The notes under the pieces were generated by a model. That model was not told the origin of the DNA. It was given only the letters and a program-made list of their open reading frames with translations, and did no database searches. Below are positions 27,899-35,270 of a stretch of 35,270 bases of DNA, piece by piece. Position 1 is the first letter of the stretch; every line of letters begins with the position of its first letter. The stretch is taken from contig DATGND010000277.1 of the NCBI GenBank assembly GCA_035306925.1, forward strand, positions 1 through 35,270, written 5' to 3'. This DNA is from Bacteriovoracaceae bacterium. GTDB taxonomy: Bacteria > Bdellovibrionota > Bacteriovoracia > Bacteriovoracales > Bacteriovoracaceae. Both the position numbers and the translations under genes were made by a program.

Positions 27899-27905
27899 CC
27901 CCTTT
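27886..27905. terminator. Bidirectional terminator
   Basis: AAAGGGGC-CATA-GCCCCTTT between convergent genes. Confidence 0.75.
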
Positions 27906-27906
27906 A

Positions 27907-28386
27907 TTATTCTTCAATTTCAATCATTAAGAATCCAGCTTCCAGGGCCTGACCTTCAGAAATATTAACTGATTTAATCACCCCATCTGCACCAGATTTA
28001 ATTTCATTTTCCATCTTCATGGCTTCAAGAATAAGAACGGTTTCTCCTTTGGCGACAGTATCACCAACCTGCTTAAAGATCTTAACTACTTTACCAGGCA
28101 TTTGCGTAATAAGAGCTCCTGCCCCTCCTTTGTTAAGACCAGAAGGTTTAAATCCCCGATAGACTTTAAAGGTCTGCGAACTAGAGATGAGTGTTTCATT
28201 AACACCTAAACTCGCAAGCTTCTTCCAGGAAATACCATCGAAAGAATAGAAATTCTTACCAGCTAATGTTTTCGTAAAAAGTTGCTGTTTCTCACCATTA
28301 TGAGAGAACTCAAAAACACCATTTTTTTGGAGTTCAACATCAATGCTAAATTCTTCCATGTCTTGGTTTAGAAAATAGTATCTCAT
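27907..28386 (-). CDS. Biotin carboxyl carrier subunit of an acyl-CoA carboxylase
   Basis: MPGKVVK and the EAMKMENE biotinylation motif. Confidence 0.95.
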   Translation of the reverse strand: MRYYFLNQDMEEFSIDVELQKNGVFEFSHNGEKQQLFTKTLAGKNFYSFDGISWKKLASLGVNETLISSSQTFKVYRGFKPSGLNKGGAGALITQMPGKVVKIFKQVGDTVAKGETVLILEAMKMENEIKSGADGVIKSVNISEGQALEAGFLMIEIEE

Positions 28387-29819
28387 TTGTTTCCTCCTAA
28401 TTGGTTCATCTCAATGGCCGCAATCTTTACCATAAAAGCTTCAATATCTTCCTGAGGAGCAACCTTTTCTTGAGGTTTGATTGTTCCAATATAGTTAGTT
28501 GAATAATTTCCTTTCACAAAATTTTCTTCCTCTAGAATAACTTTATGGAGAGGAATATTAGTTTTAAGACCATCAATCACTAACCCATCTAAAGCAGCTT
28601 TTACTTTTCTTAAGGCCACTTCACGGTTTAACCCTTTAGAGATGAGTTTACCAATCATCGGGTCAAAGTCTGGTGTGATCGTGAACTTTGGATAGATACA
28701 GTGATCAAAGCGAATACCTGTAGGGAAAGTTGTCTCAAAGCCAGCAACCATACCTGGGGCCGGAAGCATAGAGATAGGGTCTTCTGCACAAATACGAAGC
28801 TCAATCGAGTGACCTTGAATTTTGATTTCATCCTGTGATTTAAAATCTAATGGTTCCCCAAAAGCTGCTTTTATCATATTAGCAACAAGGTCTACCCCCG
28901 TGATCTCTTCAGTAATAGGATGCTCTACCTGAATACGAGTATTCATTTCCAGGAAGTAAAACTTCTTATCTTCACCCATGATAAATTCAACAGTTCCTGC
29001 TGAATCATAATTCACGGCTTTTGCTAGCTTGACCGCTGTTTCACAGATGTCCTTACGAAGAGCTTCATCTCTTCCAATAAAAGGAGATGGTGCTTCTTCA
29101 ATTATTTTTTGGTGACGTCTTTGAACCGAGCATTCACGCTCAAAAACGTGGAAGACATTCCCTTTCTTATCAGCAAGAATCTGCACTTCAATGTGATGAG
29201 GATTCAGAATGTATTTTTCAACCAGAAGACCTGGGTATCCAAAAGAACTCTGAGCTTCTCTACGTACAGCTTCGAAGTTTGCTTTAACATCGTCTTCTGA
29301 GTAGCAAGGTCTCATCCCTTTACCACCACCACCAGCGACTGCCTTGAGAAGAACCGGATAACCAATTTCATTTCCGATCTTAACTGCCTCTTCTACCGTA
29401 TCAACTTCTCCGGTTGAACCAGGAACTACTGGCACTCCAGCTTCTTTAGCAATTTGCTTGGAGATATCCTTCGCTCCCATCTTGTAAACCGCATCCGGAT
29501 TAGGCCCGATAAAAATAATGCCTTTATCGGCAAGAGCTTGTGAAAACTCACGGTTCTCAGAAAGGAACCCATATCCTGGATGAACACCATCGATTTTATA
29601 TTCGTCGATGATCTTCATAATCTGGGGAATATTTAAATAGGTATCCTGATTGGTAGAACCTTTTAAATGCACCCACTCCTGGCAGTATTCCAGATGAGGA
29701 GGTTGTGTTTCGTTATCTGTCCAAACTCCGACGGACACCAGACCTAGTTCGTTAAGCGCTTTGGCCACACGAATAGCGATCTCTCCGCGGTTAATAATGA
29801 GTACGCGTTTATTCTTCAT
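28383..29819 (-). CDS. Biotin carboxylase subunit (acetyl/propionyl-CoA carboxylase)
   Basis: [24 protein letters not shown] and [14 protein letters not shown]. Confidence 0.96.
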   Translation of the reverse strand: MKNKRVLIINRGEIAIRVAKALNELGLVSVGVWTDNETQPPHLEYCQEWVHLKGSTNQDTYLNIPQIMKIIDEYKIDGVHPGYGFLSENREFSQALADKGIIFIGPNPDAVYKMGAKDISKQIAKEAGVPVVPGSTGEVDTVEEAVKIGNEIGYPVLLKAVAGGGGKGMRPCYSEDDVKANFEAVRREAQSSFGYPGLLVEKYILNPHHIEVQILADKKGNVFHVFERECSVQRRHQKIIEEAPSPFIGRDEALRKDICETAVKLAKAVNYDSAGTVEFIMGEDKKFYFLEMNTRIQVEHPITEEITGVDLVANMIKAAFGEPLDFKSQDEIKIQGHSIELRICAEDPISMLPAPGMVAGFETTFPTGIRFDHCIYPKFTITPDFDPMIGKLISKGLNREVALRKVKAALDGLVIDGLKTNIPLHKVILEEENFVKGNYSTNYIGTIKPQEKVAPQEDIEAFMVKIAAIEMNQLGGNK

Positions 29820-31375
29820 AGTGGAATATTCCCGTGTTTACGAACAGGACGATTGACCGACTTGTTCTCAAGAGCTTTAAGGTATTGGTAAAGTCTTTGA
29901 CGAGTTACTTCTGGATAGATGATCTCATCCAGGAAACCTTGTTCAGCAGCTCTATATGGATTAGCAAAGTTATTCTCATAGTTCTCAACCAGTTCTGCTT
30001 TTTTCTTATCAAAAGCCTCTCCAGTTAGCCCTTTGAGCTCATTACGGAAAACAATATTCACAGCACCATCTGCACCCATAACAGCAATCTCTGCAGTTGG
30101 GTAAGCGAGGTTAATATCAGCTCTTATATGTTTAGATGCCATTACATCATAAGCACCGCCGTAAGCTTTACGAGTGATCAGAGTGATCAGAGGAACAGTG
30201 GCTTCCGAGTAAGCATACAGAAGCTTAGCTCCGTGACGAATAATTCCACCGTACTCTTGAACTGTTCCTGGAAGGAATCCTGGAACATCTACGAAAGTAA
30301 TGATGGGTATATTGAAAGCATCACAAAAACGAACAAAACGAGCAGCTTTAACCGATGAATCAATATCAAGACAACCTGCTAAGAAATTAGGCTGGTTGGC
30401 CACAATACCAACTTTGATTCCACCAATAGAAGCAAACCCTGTAATGATATTTTTAGCAAACCCTGCATGAACTTCCAGGAAGTGTTGATCATCAATCACT
30501 TCAAGAATGAGTTCATGCATATCGTATGGTTTTTTAGAGTTATCAGGAACAAAATCTTTAAGCTTGTTATTGGCACGTTTAACCGGATCAGTCGTTAACT
30601 TCTCAGAGTGCTTAATCATGTTGTTTGCAGGGATAAATGCAAAAAGCTCTCTCACGCGCTCAAAGCAATCATCTTCGTCTGCACAATTAAAGTGAGCAAC
30701 CCCAGACTTTTCGTTGTGAGTGTTTGCACCACCAAGAGCATCTTTAGTTACTTCTTCATGAGTCACAGTCTTAATAACATCTGGTCCAGTCACAAACATG
30801 TAAGATGTTTTATCAACCATGAAAATAAAGTCAGTCATGGCCGGCGAGTAAACTGCTCCTCCTGCACATGGGCCCATGATAAGTGAGATTTGTGGAATCA
30901 CTCCCGAAGCCTGGACGTTACGGTAGAAAATCTCAGCATAACCAGCAAGAGCATCTACCCCTTCTTGAATACGAGCACCACCGGAATCATTAATCCCAAT
31001 GACTGGAATCTTATTTTCCAGAGCAAAATCCATGATCTTACAAATCTTGTTAGCAAAGGCTGCACCTAAGGCTCCTCCCCAACAAGTAAAATCTTGTGAA
31101 AACAGGGCCACTTGCTGACCATTGATTTTCGCAATACCTGTAACAACACCATCACCAAGGTATTTGGTTTTTTCCATACCAAAGGAATTACAACGGTGAG
31201 TAACAAACTTATCAAATTCAATAAATGAATCTGGATCTACTAATTTATTAATTCTTTCGCGAGCAGTGTATTTTCCCTGTTCGTGCTGTTTATTAATTCT
31301 ATCCTGGCCGCCACCTAGCTCTGCTTCGGTGCTTAGGCGCGCCAATTGCTCGCGTCTTTGGTCGTTAGATAACAT
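29816..31375 (-). CDS. pccB: Acyl-CoA carboxylase carboxyltransferase beta subunit (PccB-like)
   Basis: [37 protein letters not shown] and RKHGNIPL. Confidence 0.93.
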   Translation of the reverse strand: MLSNDQRREQLARLSTEAELGGGQDRINKQHEQGKYTARERINKLVDPDSFIEFDKFVTHRCNSFGMEKTKYLGDGVVTGIAKINGQQVALFSQDFTCWGGALGAAFANKICKIMDFALENKIPVIGINDSGGARIQEGVDALAGYAEIFYRNVQASGVIPQISLIMGPCAGGAVYSPAMTDFIFMVDKTSYMFVTGPDVIKTVTHEEVTKDALGGANTHNEKSGVAHFNCADEDDCFERVRELFAFIPANNMIKHSEKLTTDPVKRANNKLKDFVPDNSKKPYDMHELILEVIDDQHFLEVHAGFAKNIITGFASIGGIKVGIVANQPNFLAGCLDIDSSVKAARFVRFCDAFNIPIITFVDVPGFLPGTVQEYGGIIRHGAKLLYAYSEATVPLITLITRKAYGGAYDVMASKHIRADINLAYPTAEIAVMGADGAVNIVFRNELKGLTGEAFDKKKAELVENYENNFANPYRAAEQGFLDEIIYPEVTRQRLYQYLKALENKSVNRPVRKHGNIPL

Positions 31376-31401
31376 CAGACCCTCCCTAAATTTTTTTTAA
31401 C

Positions 31402-31431
31402 AATATACTCAACACAAGAAGGTATTGGCAA
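31402..31431 (-). promoter_or_regulatory. Putative sigma70 promoter for the carboxylase operon
   Basis: Minus strand TTGCCA-N18-TATATT, upstream of GGAGG. Confidence 0.5.
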
Positions 31432-31448
31432 AATTTTATGAAGGAGGA

Positions 31449-31475
31449 AAGATAGGCCAAGACTCGGCCTATCTT
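31449..31475 (-). terminator. Hairpin, probable terminator
   Basis: AAGATAGGCC-AAGACTC-GGCCTATCTT. Confidence 0.65.
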
Positions 31476-31584
31476 CAAAAAAATAGGATTCATTTACAGG
31501 GAAGTTCTTGATTAAATGAGATTGAAGCTCCTCGCCATAATCATACTCAATCAAATATTAATATGACCTTAACTCTCCCAAGGA

Positions 31585-32586
31585 CTACTGCTTTCTAGCC
31601 CCACTGCTTGGAGTAGGTTCATACTTCTTCTTGATAGGGACTTCTTTTCCTTGTTCACGCATTTTATTAAAGATCTGAACAGCATCCCCTCTTCTCTGGC
31701 CCACTAAACAGTTCCTCAACTCAACATAAGGCTGACACTGTTGAGAAATGAAGGCATTATATCTTTTCTCAGATGGAGTTCGTCCCTCATAAGCATCAAC
31801 TGAAGTGTTTTCCAGATAACGACTAAAAACATTGTTCTTAGATAATTCTTCCAGCTCACTTTTGAAAGCCGACTCAACAAATTTCTGGCAGCTCACACCT
31901 TGAGGCCCCATACCATTAAAATACTTCTTTAAATTCTGCTCAAAATACCACTGGCTGGATTGATATTCGAGCTGATCTCTTAATTTGTAGGCAAAGTCCT
32001 TAACTTCTTCACTATTGGCATTCTTCTCACAGGCACGGGCCTTTTTCTTGATTTCTCCCATGACTTTTTCGAAGTTATGCTTGAACTGCTCCACTTTGCA
32101 TTTATCTAACCAGCACGAAAAATCTTCAAAGTTATCTTTAATGCCAACCACTGTTTTGAAAACTAACTCTTCAAAATCTCTACGGGCAAAAGCACTGGGA
32201 ACAATAAAATCAATGAGGGTTTGAATCTGAGATCTCTCTTTCAGAAGACGCTCAATGCTCTCTTGAGTGATTTGTTTAACTTCTAATTTCTTATCATTTA
32301 GAAAGACCACTCCTTGCAATAAACTATCAGCAGACAATCGCAAATAAACTTCACTTGCAAAATCTACTCTTGCTTCACCTTTTTGATTCAGTGTCATCCT
32401 AGGAAGTTCTTTTCTATTCTTGTTGTAGCGCTCGACTCCTTGTAAAAAGGCATCACTATAATTTTTTGCGACTTCTTTGATCAATATTTCATGAGCCGCT
32501 GTTTCAGAAGCTATGCCTTCGTCAGCACTTAAAGTAGGTATATAGATAAATGTAAATAAGAAGTATAAAAATATCATCGGTATCAT
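31585..32586 (-). CDS. Hypothetical secreted protein
   Basis: Signal peptide ending PTLSA. Six Cys in the C-terminal part. Confidence 0.75.
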   Translation of the reverse strand: MIPMIFLYFLFTFIYIPTLSADEGIASETAAHEILIKEVAKNYSDAFLQGVERYNKNRKELPRMTLNQKGEARVDFASEVYLRLSADSLLQGVVFLNDKKLEVKQITQESIERLLKERSQIQTLIDFIVPSAFARRDFEELVFKTVVGIKDNFEDFSCWLDKCKVEQFKHNFEKVMGEIKKKARACEKNANSEEVKDFAYKLRDQLEYQSSQWYFEQNLKKYFNGMGPQGVSCQKFVESAFKSELEELSKNNVFSRYLENTSVDAYEGRTPSEKRYNAFISQQCQPYVELRNCLVGQRRGDAVQIFNKMREQGKEVPIKKKYEPTPSSGARKQ

Positions 32587-32596
32587 CCCTGAATAG

Positions 32597-32617
32597 AAAA
32601 AGCCCCTTTAGAGGGGC
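32597..32617 (-). terminator. Terminator after the sigma54 activator
   Basis: Minus strand GCCCCT-CTAA-AGGGGC-TTTTT. Confidence 0.7.
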
Positions 32618-32625
32618 CTTCTAAA

Positions 32626-34221
32626 TTATTCTCCAGCTGCTTTCTTTTGTTGTGCTCTTTTATCGAGTCCATACTTATCAACTTTCATAATAAGACTCGC
32701 TCTGGAAATCCCCAGTTCTTTGGCAAGTCGGCTCTTATTAAAGCCAGTTCGTTTAAGGCCTTCACGAATCATGAAAATCTCCAACTCCTCCATGGCCTCT
32801 TTAAGAGAACCTTGAGTATTAACTCCACGTAATCCTCCAATCGAAGAACCTGATGCTGGACGAGCTTCTCCAGATTCAAGGATTCTTGCTGAAAGCATAT
32901 CAGGAGTAATCATTTTCTCTTCACCTGCTAGCACAACCAGTCTTTCCACTTCGTTTTGTAGCTCTCGAACGTTACCTGGCCATGTGTGATCAAGCATTTT
33001 TTCTAAGCACTTTTTAGAGAAGGTTTTCATCGGAAGACCAGCTTCTTCACAACGCTTTTGTAGGAAGTATTCCATCAACACAGGAATATCTTCTTGTCTT
33101 TCACGAAGTGGTGGAAGAGCAACGTTAATAACGTTTAGTCTGTAATATAAGTCTTCTCTGAACTCTCCACGAGCGATCATTTCTTTAAGATTTTTATTGG
33201 TAGCTGCAATCACTCGCACGTTAACTTTTTTAGGAACAGTTGCACCCACTGGCATGAATGTTCCTTCTTGAAGAACACGAAGTAACTTTACTTGCATAGA
33301 GGGAGATGTGTCCCCAATCTCATCAAGGAAAAGTGTTCCACCATTAGCGGCTTCAAAAACACCTTTCTTATCTTTAATTGCTCCAGTGAAGGCTCCCTTC
33401 ACGTGACCAAAAAGTTCCGAATCAAGTAGGTTGTCGTTAAAAGCTGAACAGTTCACTGCCATGAAAAGAGCATCTTTTCTTGGTGAATTATAGTGAATGG
33501 CCTTAGCAACCATCTCCTTACCAGTCCCGTTCTCCCCTTGAATCATGATGGTTGATTCAGAGTTAGAAACTTTAGAAAGAAGGTGATAGACCTGTTGCAT
33601 TTTTTTCGATTTACCAATGAGATTGTGATAACGGTATTTATTACTAATCTCAGAGTTTAGATCCATAATGCGATCTTCTCTTTTTGAAATCTCGTTATGG
33701 AAAGTCACTACCTCATCAGCTACCAGTCCCACTAACTCTTTCATCTCTGAGTAGAAACGACCGGAAAACCGCTTCATTTTTTGAACGGCAAGTCTGGCGT
33801 CTTCTTGAGAGATTCCGCACTCACACATCTTAGAAATAACGTGCTCAATTTCATCGGAAGTCGAGGTATCTTTCAGATAAGGATAAGCAATAACAGAACC
33901 GCTAAATTCACCATCGACCATAATCTTATGGGCAAAACCATAGGTACCAGGGAAAAAAGCATTGAACTCATAACTAGCTTCAGAGGAAGATGCAAAATGT
34001 TCATACACTTTTTCAATATCGCTCTCTAGCCAATCATGCCCAAAAGAATGAGTAATTTGTAACTTTAAAAAAGGAGATTTAAAGGAGTATTCAGGATCTT
34101 GAATGAACTGTACTCGCCCTTGGGAATCTACATACAGAACATCAAGCCCATACCAGTTTCCAATAATTTTTTCTAAGTTCTTCGTTGTATGTAAATCTTT
34201 AATGGCCTTCCAATCAATCAT
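32626..34221 (-). CDS. Sigma54-dependent enhancer-binding protein with a PocR-like N-terminal sensor, AAA+ domain and Fis-type HTH
   Basis: GENGTGKE, GAFTGA, FLDEIG, WPGNVREL and NKSRLAKELGISR. The N-terminus resembles the PocR fold. Confidence 0.92.
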   Translation of the reverse strand: MIDWKAIKDLHTTKNLEKIIGNWYGLDVLYVDSQGRVQFIQDPEYSFKSPFLKLQITHSFGHDWLESDIEKVYEHFASSSEASYEFNAFFPGTYGFAHKIMVDGEFSGSVIAYPYLKDTSTSDEIEHVISKMCECGISQEDARLAVQKMKRFSGRFYSEMKELVGLVADEVVTFHNEISKREDRIMDLNSEISNKYRYHNLIGKSKKMQQVYHLLSKVSNSESTIMIQGENGTGKEMVAKAIHYNSPRKDALFMAVNCSAFNDNLLDSELFGHVKGAFTGAIKDKKGVFEAANGGTLFLDEIGDTSPSMQVKLLRVLQEGTFMPVGATVPKKVNVRVIAATNKNLKEMIARGEFREDLYYRLNVINVALPPLRERQEDIPVLMEYFLQKRCEEAGLPMKTFSKKCLEKMLDHTWPGNVRELQNEVERLVVLAGEEKMITPDMLSARILESGEARPASGSSIGGLRGVNTQGSLKEAMEELEIFMIREGLKRTGFNKSRLAKELGISRASLIMKVDKYGLDKRAQQKKAAGE

Positions 34222-34239
34222 AGACGCTCCTCATGAGTG

Positions 34240-34261
34240 CAGGGCCTTAAGATCGGCCCTG
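34240..34261. repeat. Hairpin in the leader of the sigma54 activator
   Basis: CAGGGCC-TTAAGATC-GGCCCTG, about 10 nt upstream of the GGAG RBS. Confidence 0.6.
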
Positions 34262-34279
34262 TATATCTAGTCGTCTAAC

Positions 34280-34306
34280 TTATCGGCTGATTGTCGGATT
34301 TCTTGA
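34280..34306 (-). promoter_or_regulatory. Sigma28 (FliA)-type promoter
   Basis: Minus strand TCAAG-N14-GCCGATAA. Confidence 0.75.
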
Positions 34307-34335
34307 CAGGTGATGAAGTAAAAAGAACAAACTTT

Positions 34336-34908
34336 TTACAACTTAGAATCTGAGATCTGTAAAAACTCTTCAAATGCCCGAAAAAACATAGGTTTATTCC
34401 ACTCTTGTGGCCCTAAATATTTCTTCAAAGTCTTTAAATCTTTACCAAAAACAAAGGTCTCAGGCACACGAGTAGTACCAAAAAGATCCCTGTGAACATT
34501 ATCATTGTCTATTAACCAGACAATATCGGCCTTAGGAAGTGCCACTGACTTAATATGCTTTTGCACCTTAGGAAGTTCGTCATTAACGGCCACTAAAAGA
34601 AATTTTACCGGCTTGTTTTCAAACCCCTTCATGAAGTTTACAAGTGCAGGTAACTCTGCCTCACAAGGAGCGCACCAGGTACCCCAAAAGTGAACCACAA
34701 GCAAAGACTTAGACCCATCCCTAAAAACATCGTGTAGGCCAAATTTGTCGTTATCAAGCGTATAAAAATGTGAATTAGGTAAAGATGCTAGGATTGCTTC
34801 TTTCTTTTCAGCTCCACTCAACTGTCGCTCTAAAGAATTTTTCTGATAAACACCATAGCCAACGGTGGCCACGATAATTACCAAGATAATGAGAATTCGA
34901 TTAATCAT
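34336..34908 (-). CDS. TlpA/ResA-like membrane-anchored thiol-disulfide oxidoreductase
   Basis: N-terminal TM, FWGTWCAPCEAELP and the cis-Pro motif VPETF. Confidence 0.92.
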   Translation of the reverse strand: MINRILIILVIIVATVGYGVYQKNSLERQLSGAEKKEAILASLPNSHFYTLDNDKFGLHDVFRDGSKSLLVVHFWGTWCAPCEAELPALVNFMKGFENKPVKFLLVAVNDELPKVQKHIKSVALPKADIVWLIDNDNVHRDLFGTTRVPETFVFGKDLKTLKKYLGPQEWNKPMFFRAFEEFLQISDSKL

Positions 34909-34921
34909 ATCACCTCAAACT

Positions 34922-34963
34922 AAAAAACCTTCTCAAAGTTATTCGCCTTGAGAAGGTTTTTTT
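34922..34963 (-). terminator. Strong terminator after rplQ
   Basis: AAAAAACCTTCTCAA-N11-TTGAGAAGGTTTTTT. Confidence 0.85.
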
Positions 34964-34984
34964 ATAATTAAAGCTTGAATTTAA

Positions 34985-35270
34985 TTATTCAACGAAAGCG
35001 ATGATAGCTTCTTTAGCACCATCACCAAGTCTTCTATCAGATAGCTTAAGAAGACGAGTGTAGCCGCCTGGACGTTGCTTGAACTTAGGAGCAACGTTAG
35101 CAAATAAATTACTCACAGCTTCTTTATTGTTAAGCTTTGTGAAAGCTAAACGACGGTTAGCAATTGTGTCGTTTTTAGCAAGAGTTACAAGCTTCTCAAT
35201 ATAAGGCTTAAGGGCCTTAGCTTTAGTTTCAGTTGTTTTAATTTTTCCGTGAGTGATAAGCTCGATAGAA
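34985..35270 (-). CDS. rplQ: 50S ribosomal protein L17, partial (5' end outside the window)
   Basis: Translates to ...[29 protein letters not shown]...[20 protein letters not shown]...FVE*. Confidence 0.96.
   Translation of the reverse strand, partial: SIELITHGKIKTTETKAKALKPYIEKLVTLAKNDTIANRRLAFTKLNNKEAVSNLFANVAPKFKQRPGGYTRLLKLSDRRLGDGAKEAIIAFVE

Noticed and set aside
32583-32594. The 12-mer TCATCCCTGAAT also spans the romR start (5153-5164)
   Set aside because: Only two copies, partly constrained by ATG and SD-like bases. There is no partner arm here, so it is likely chance.
23483-34693. Remaining 60-92 aa shadow ORFs in hemW, the M16 peptidase, the carboxylase genes, the activator and the tlpA-like gene
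   Set aside because: They overlap confident genes and have no recognisable motifs.

Overview
A 35-kb window of a moderately AT-rich bacterial chromosome. The gene content points to a predatory Bdellovibrionota, probably Bacteriovoracaceae; this is an inference from the RomR homolog, the orphan tadC with FHA genes and a FliA-type promoter. Left to right: (1) the edge of an apparently more AT-rich metal-transport islet at the 3' end of tRNA-Pro(TGG), holding a small membrane ORF, an HMA-CDF transporter, a 5'-truncated FTR1/PbrT-like permease and 12-bp direct repeats; (2) rdgB-rph and a divergent birA; (3) a 12.3-kb minus-strand run: mreB, PilZ, lipoprotein, nagZ, then tadC with an extra exported N-domain, DUF192, an FHA-TM-sensor-TM-HAMP-PAS protein, FHA-TM-TPR, FHA-FHA-TM-TPR, a degenerate PP2C and romR; (4) a divergent hpt-like gene, an LpoA-like lipoprotein, hemW-grpE-dnaK-dnaJ with a sigma32-type promoter, and an M16 peptidase; (5) a three-gene acyl-CoA carboxylase, a secreted hypothetical, a PocR-like sigma54 activator behind a near-perfect sigma28 promoter, a TlpA-like thioredoxin and the 3' end of rplQ. 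The best candidate for an undescribed system is the tightly coupled tadC-to-romR cassette. It appears to join a Tad (Kil-like) inner-membrane platform, phosphothreonine signalling, a kinase-less membrane sensor and the RomR polarity hub, and it has an inverted repeat that could hide the romR start codon on read-through mRNA. All calls come from motif reading only; no database searches were run.
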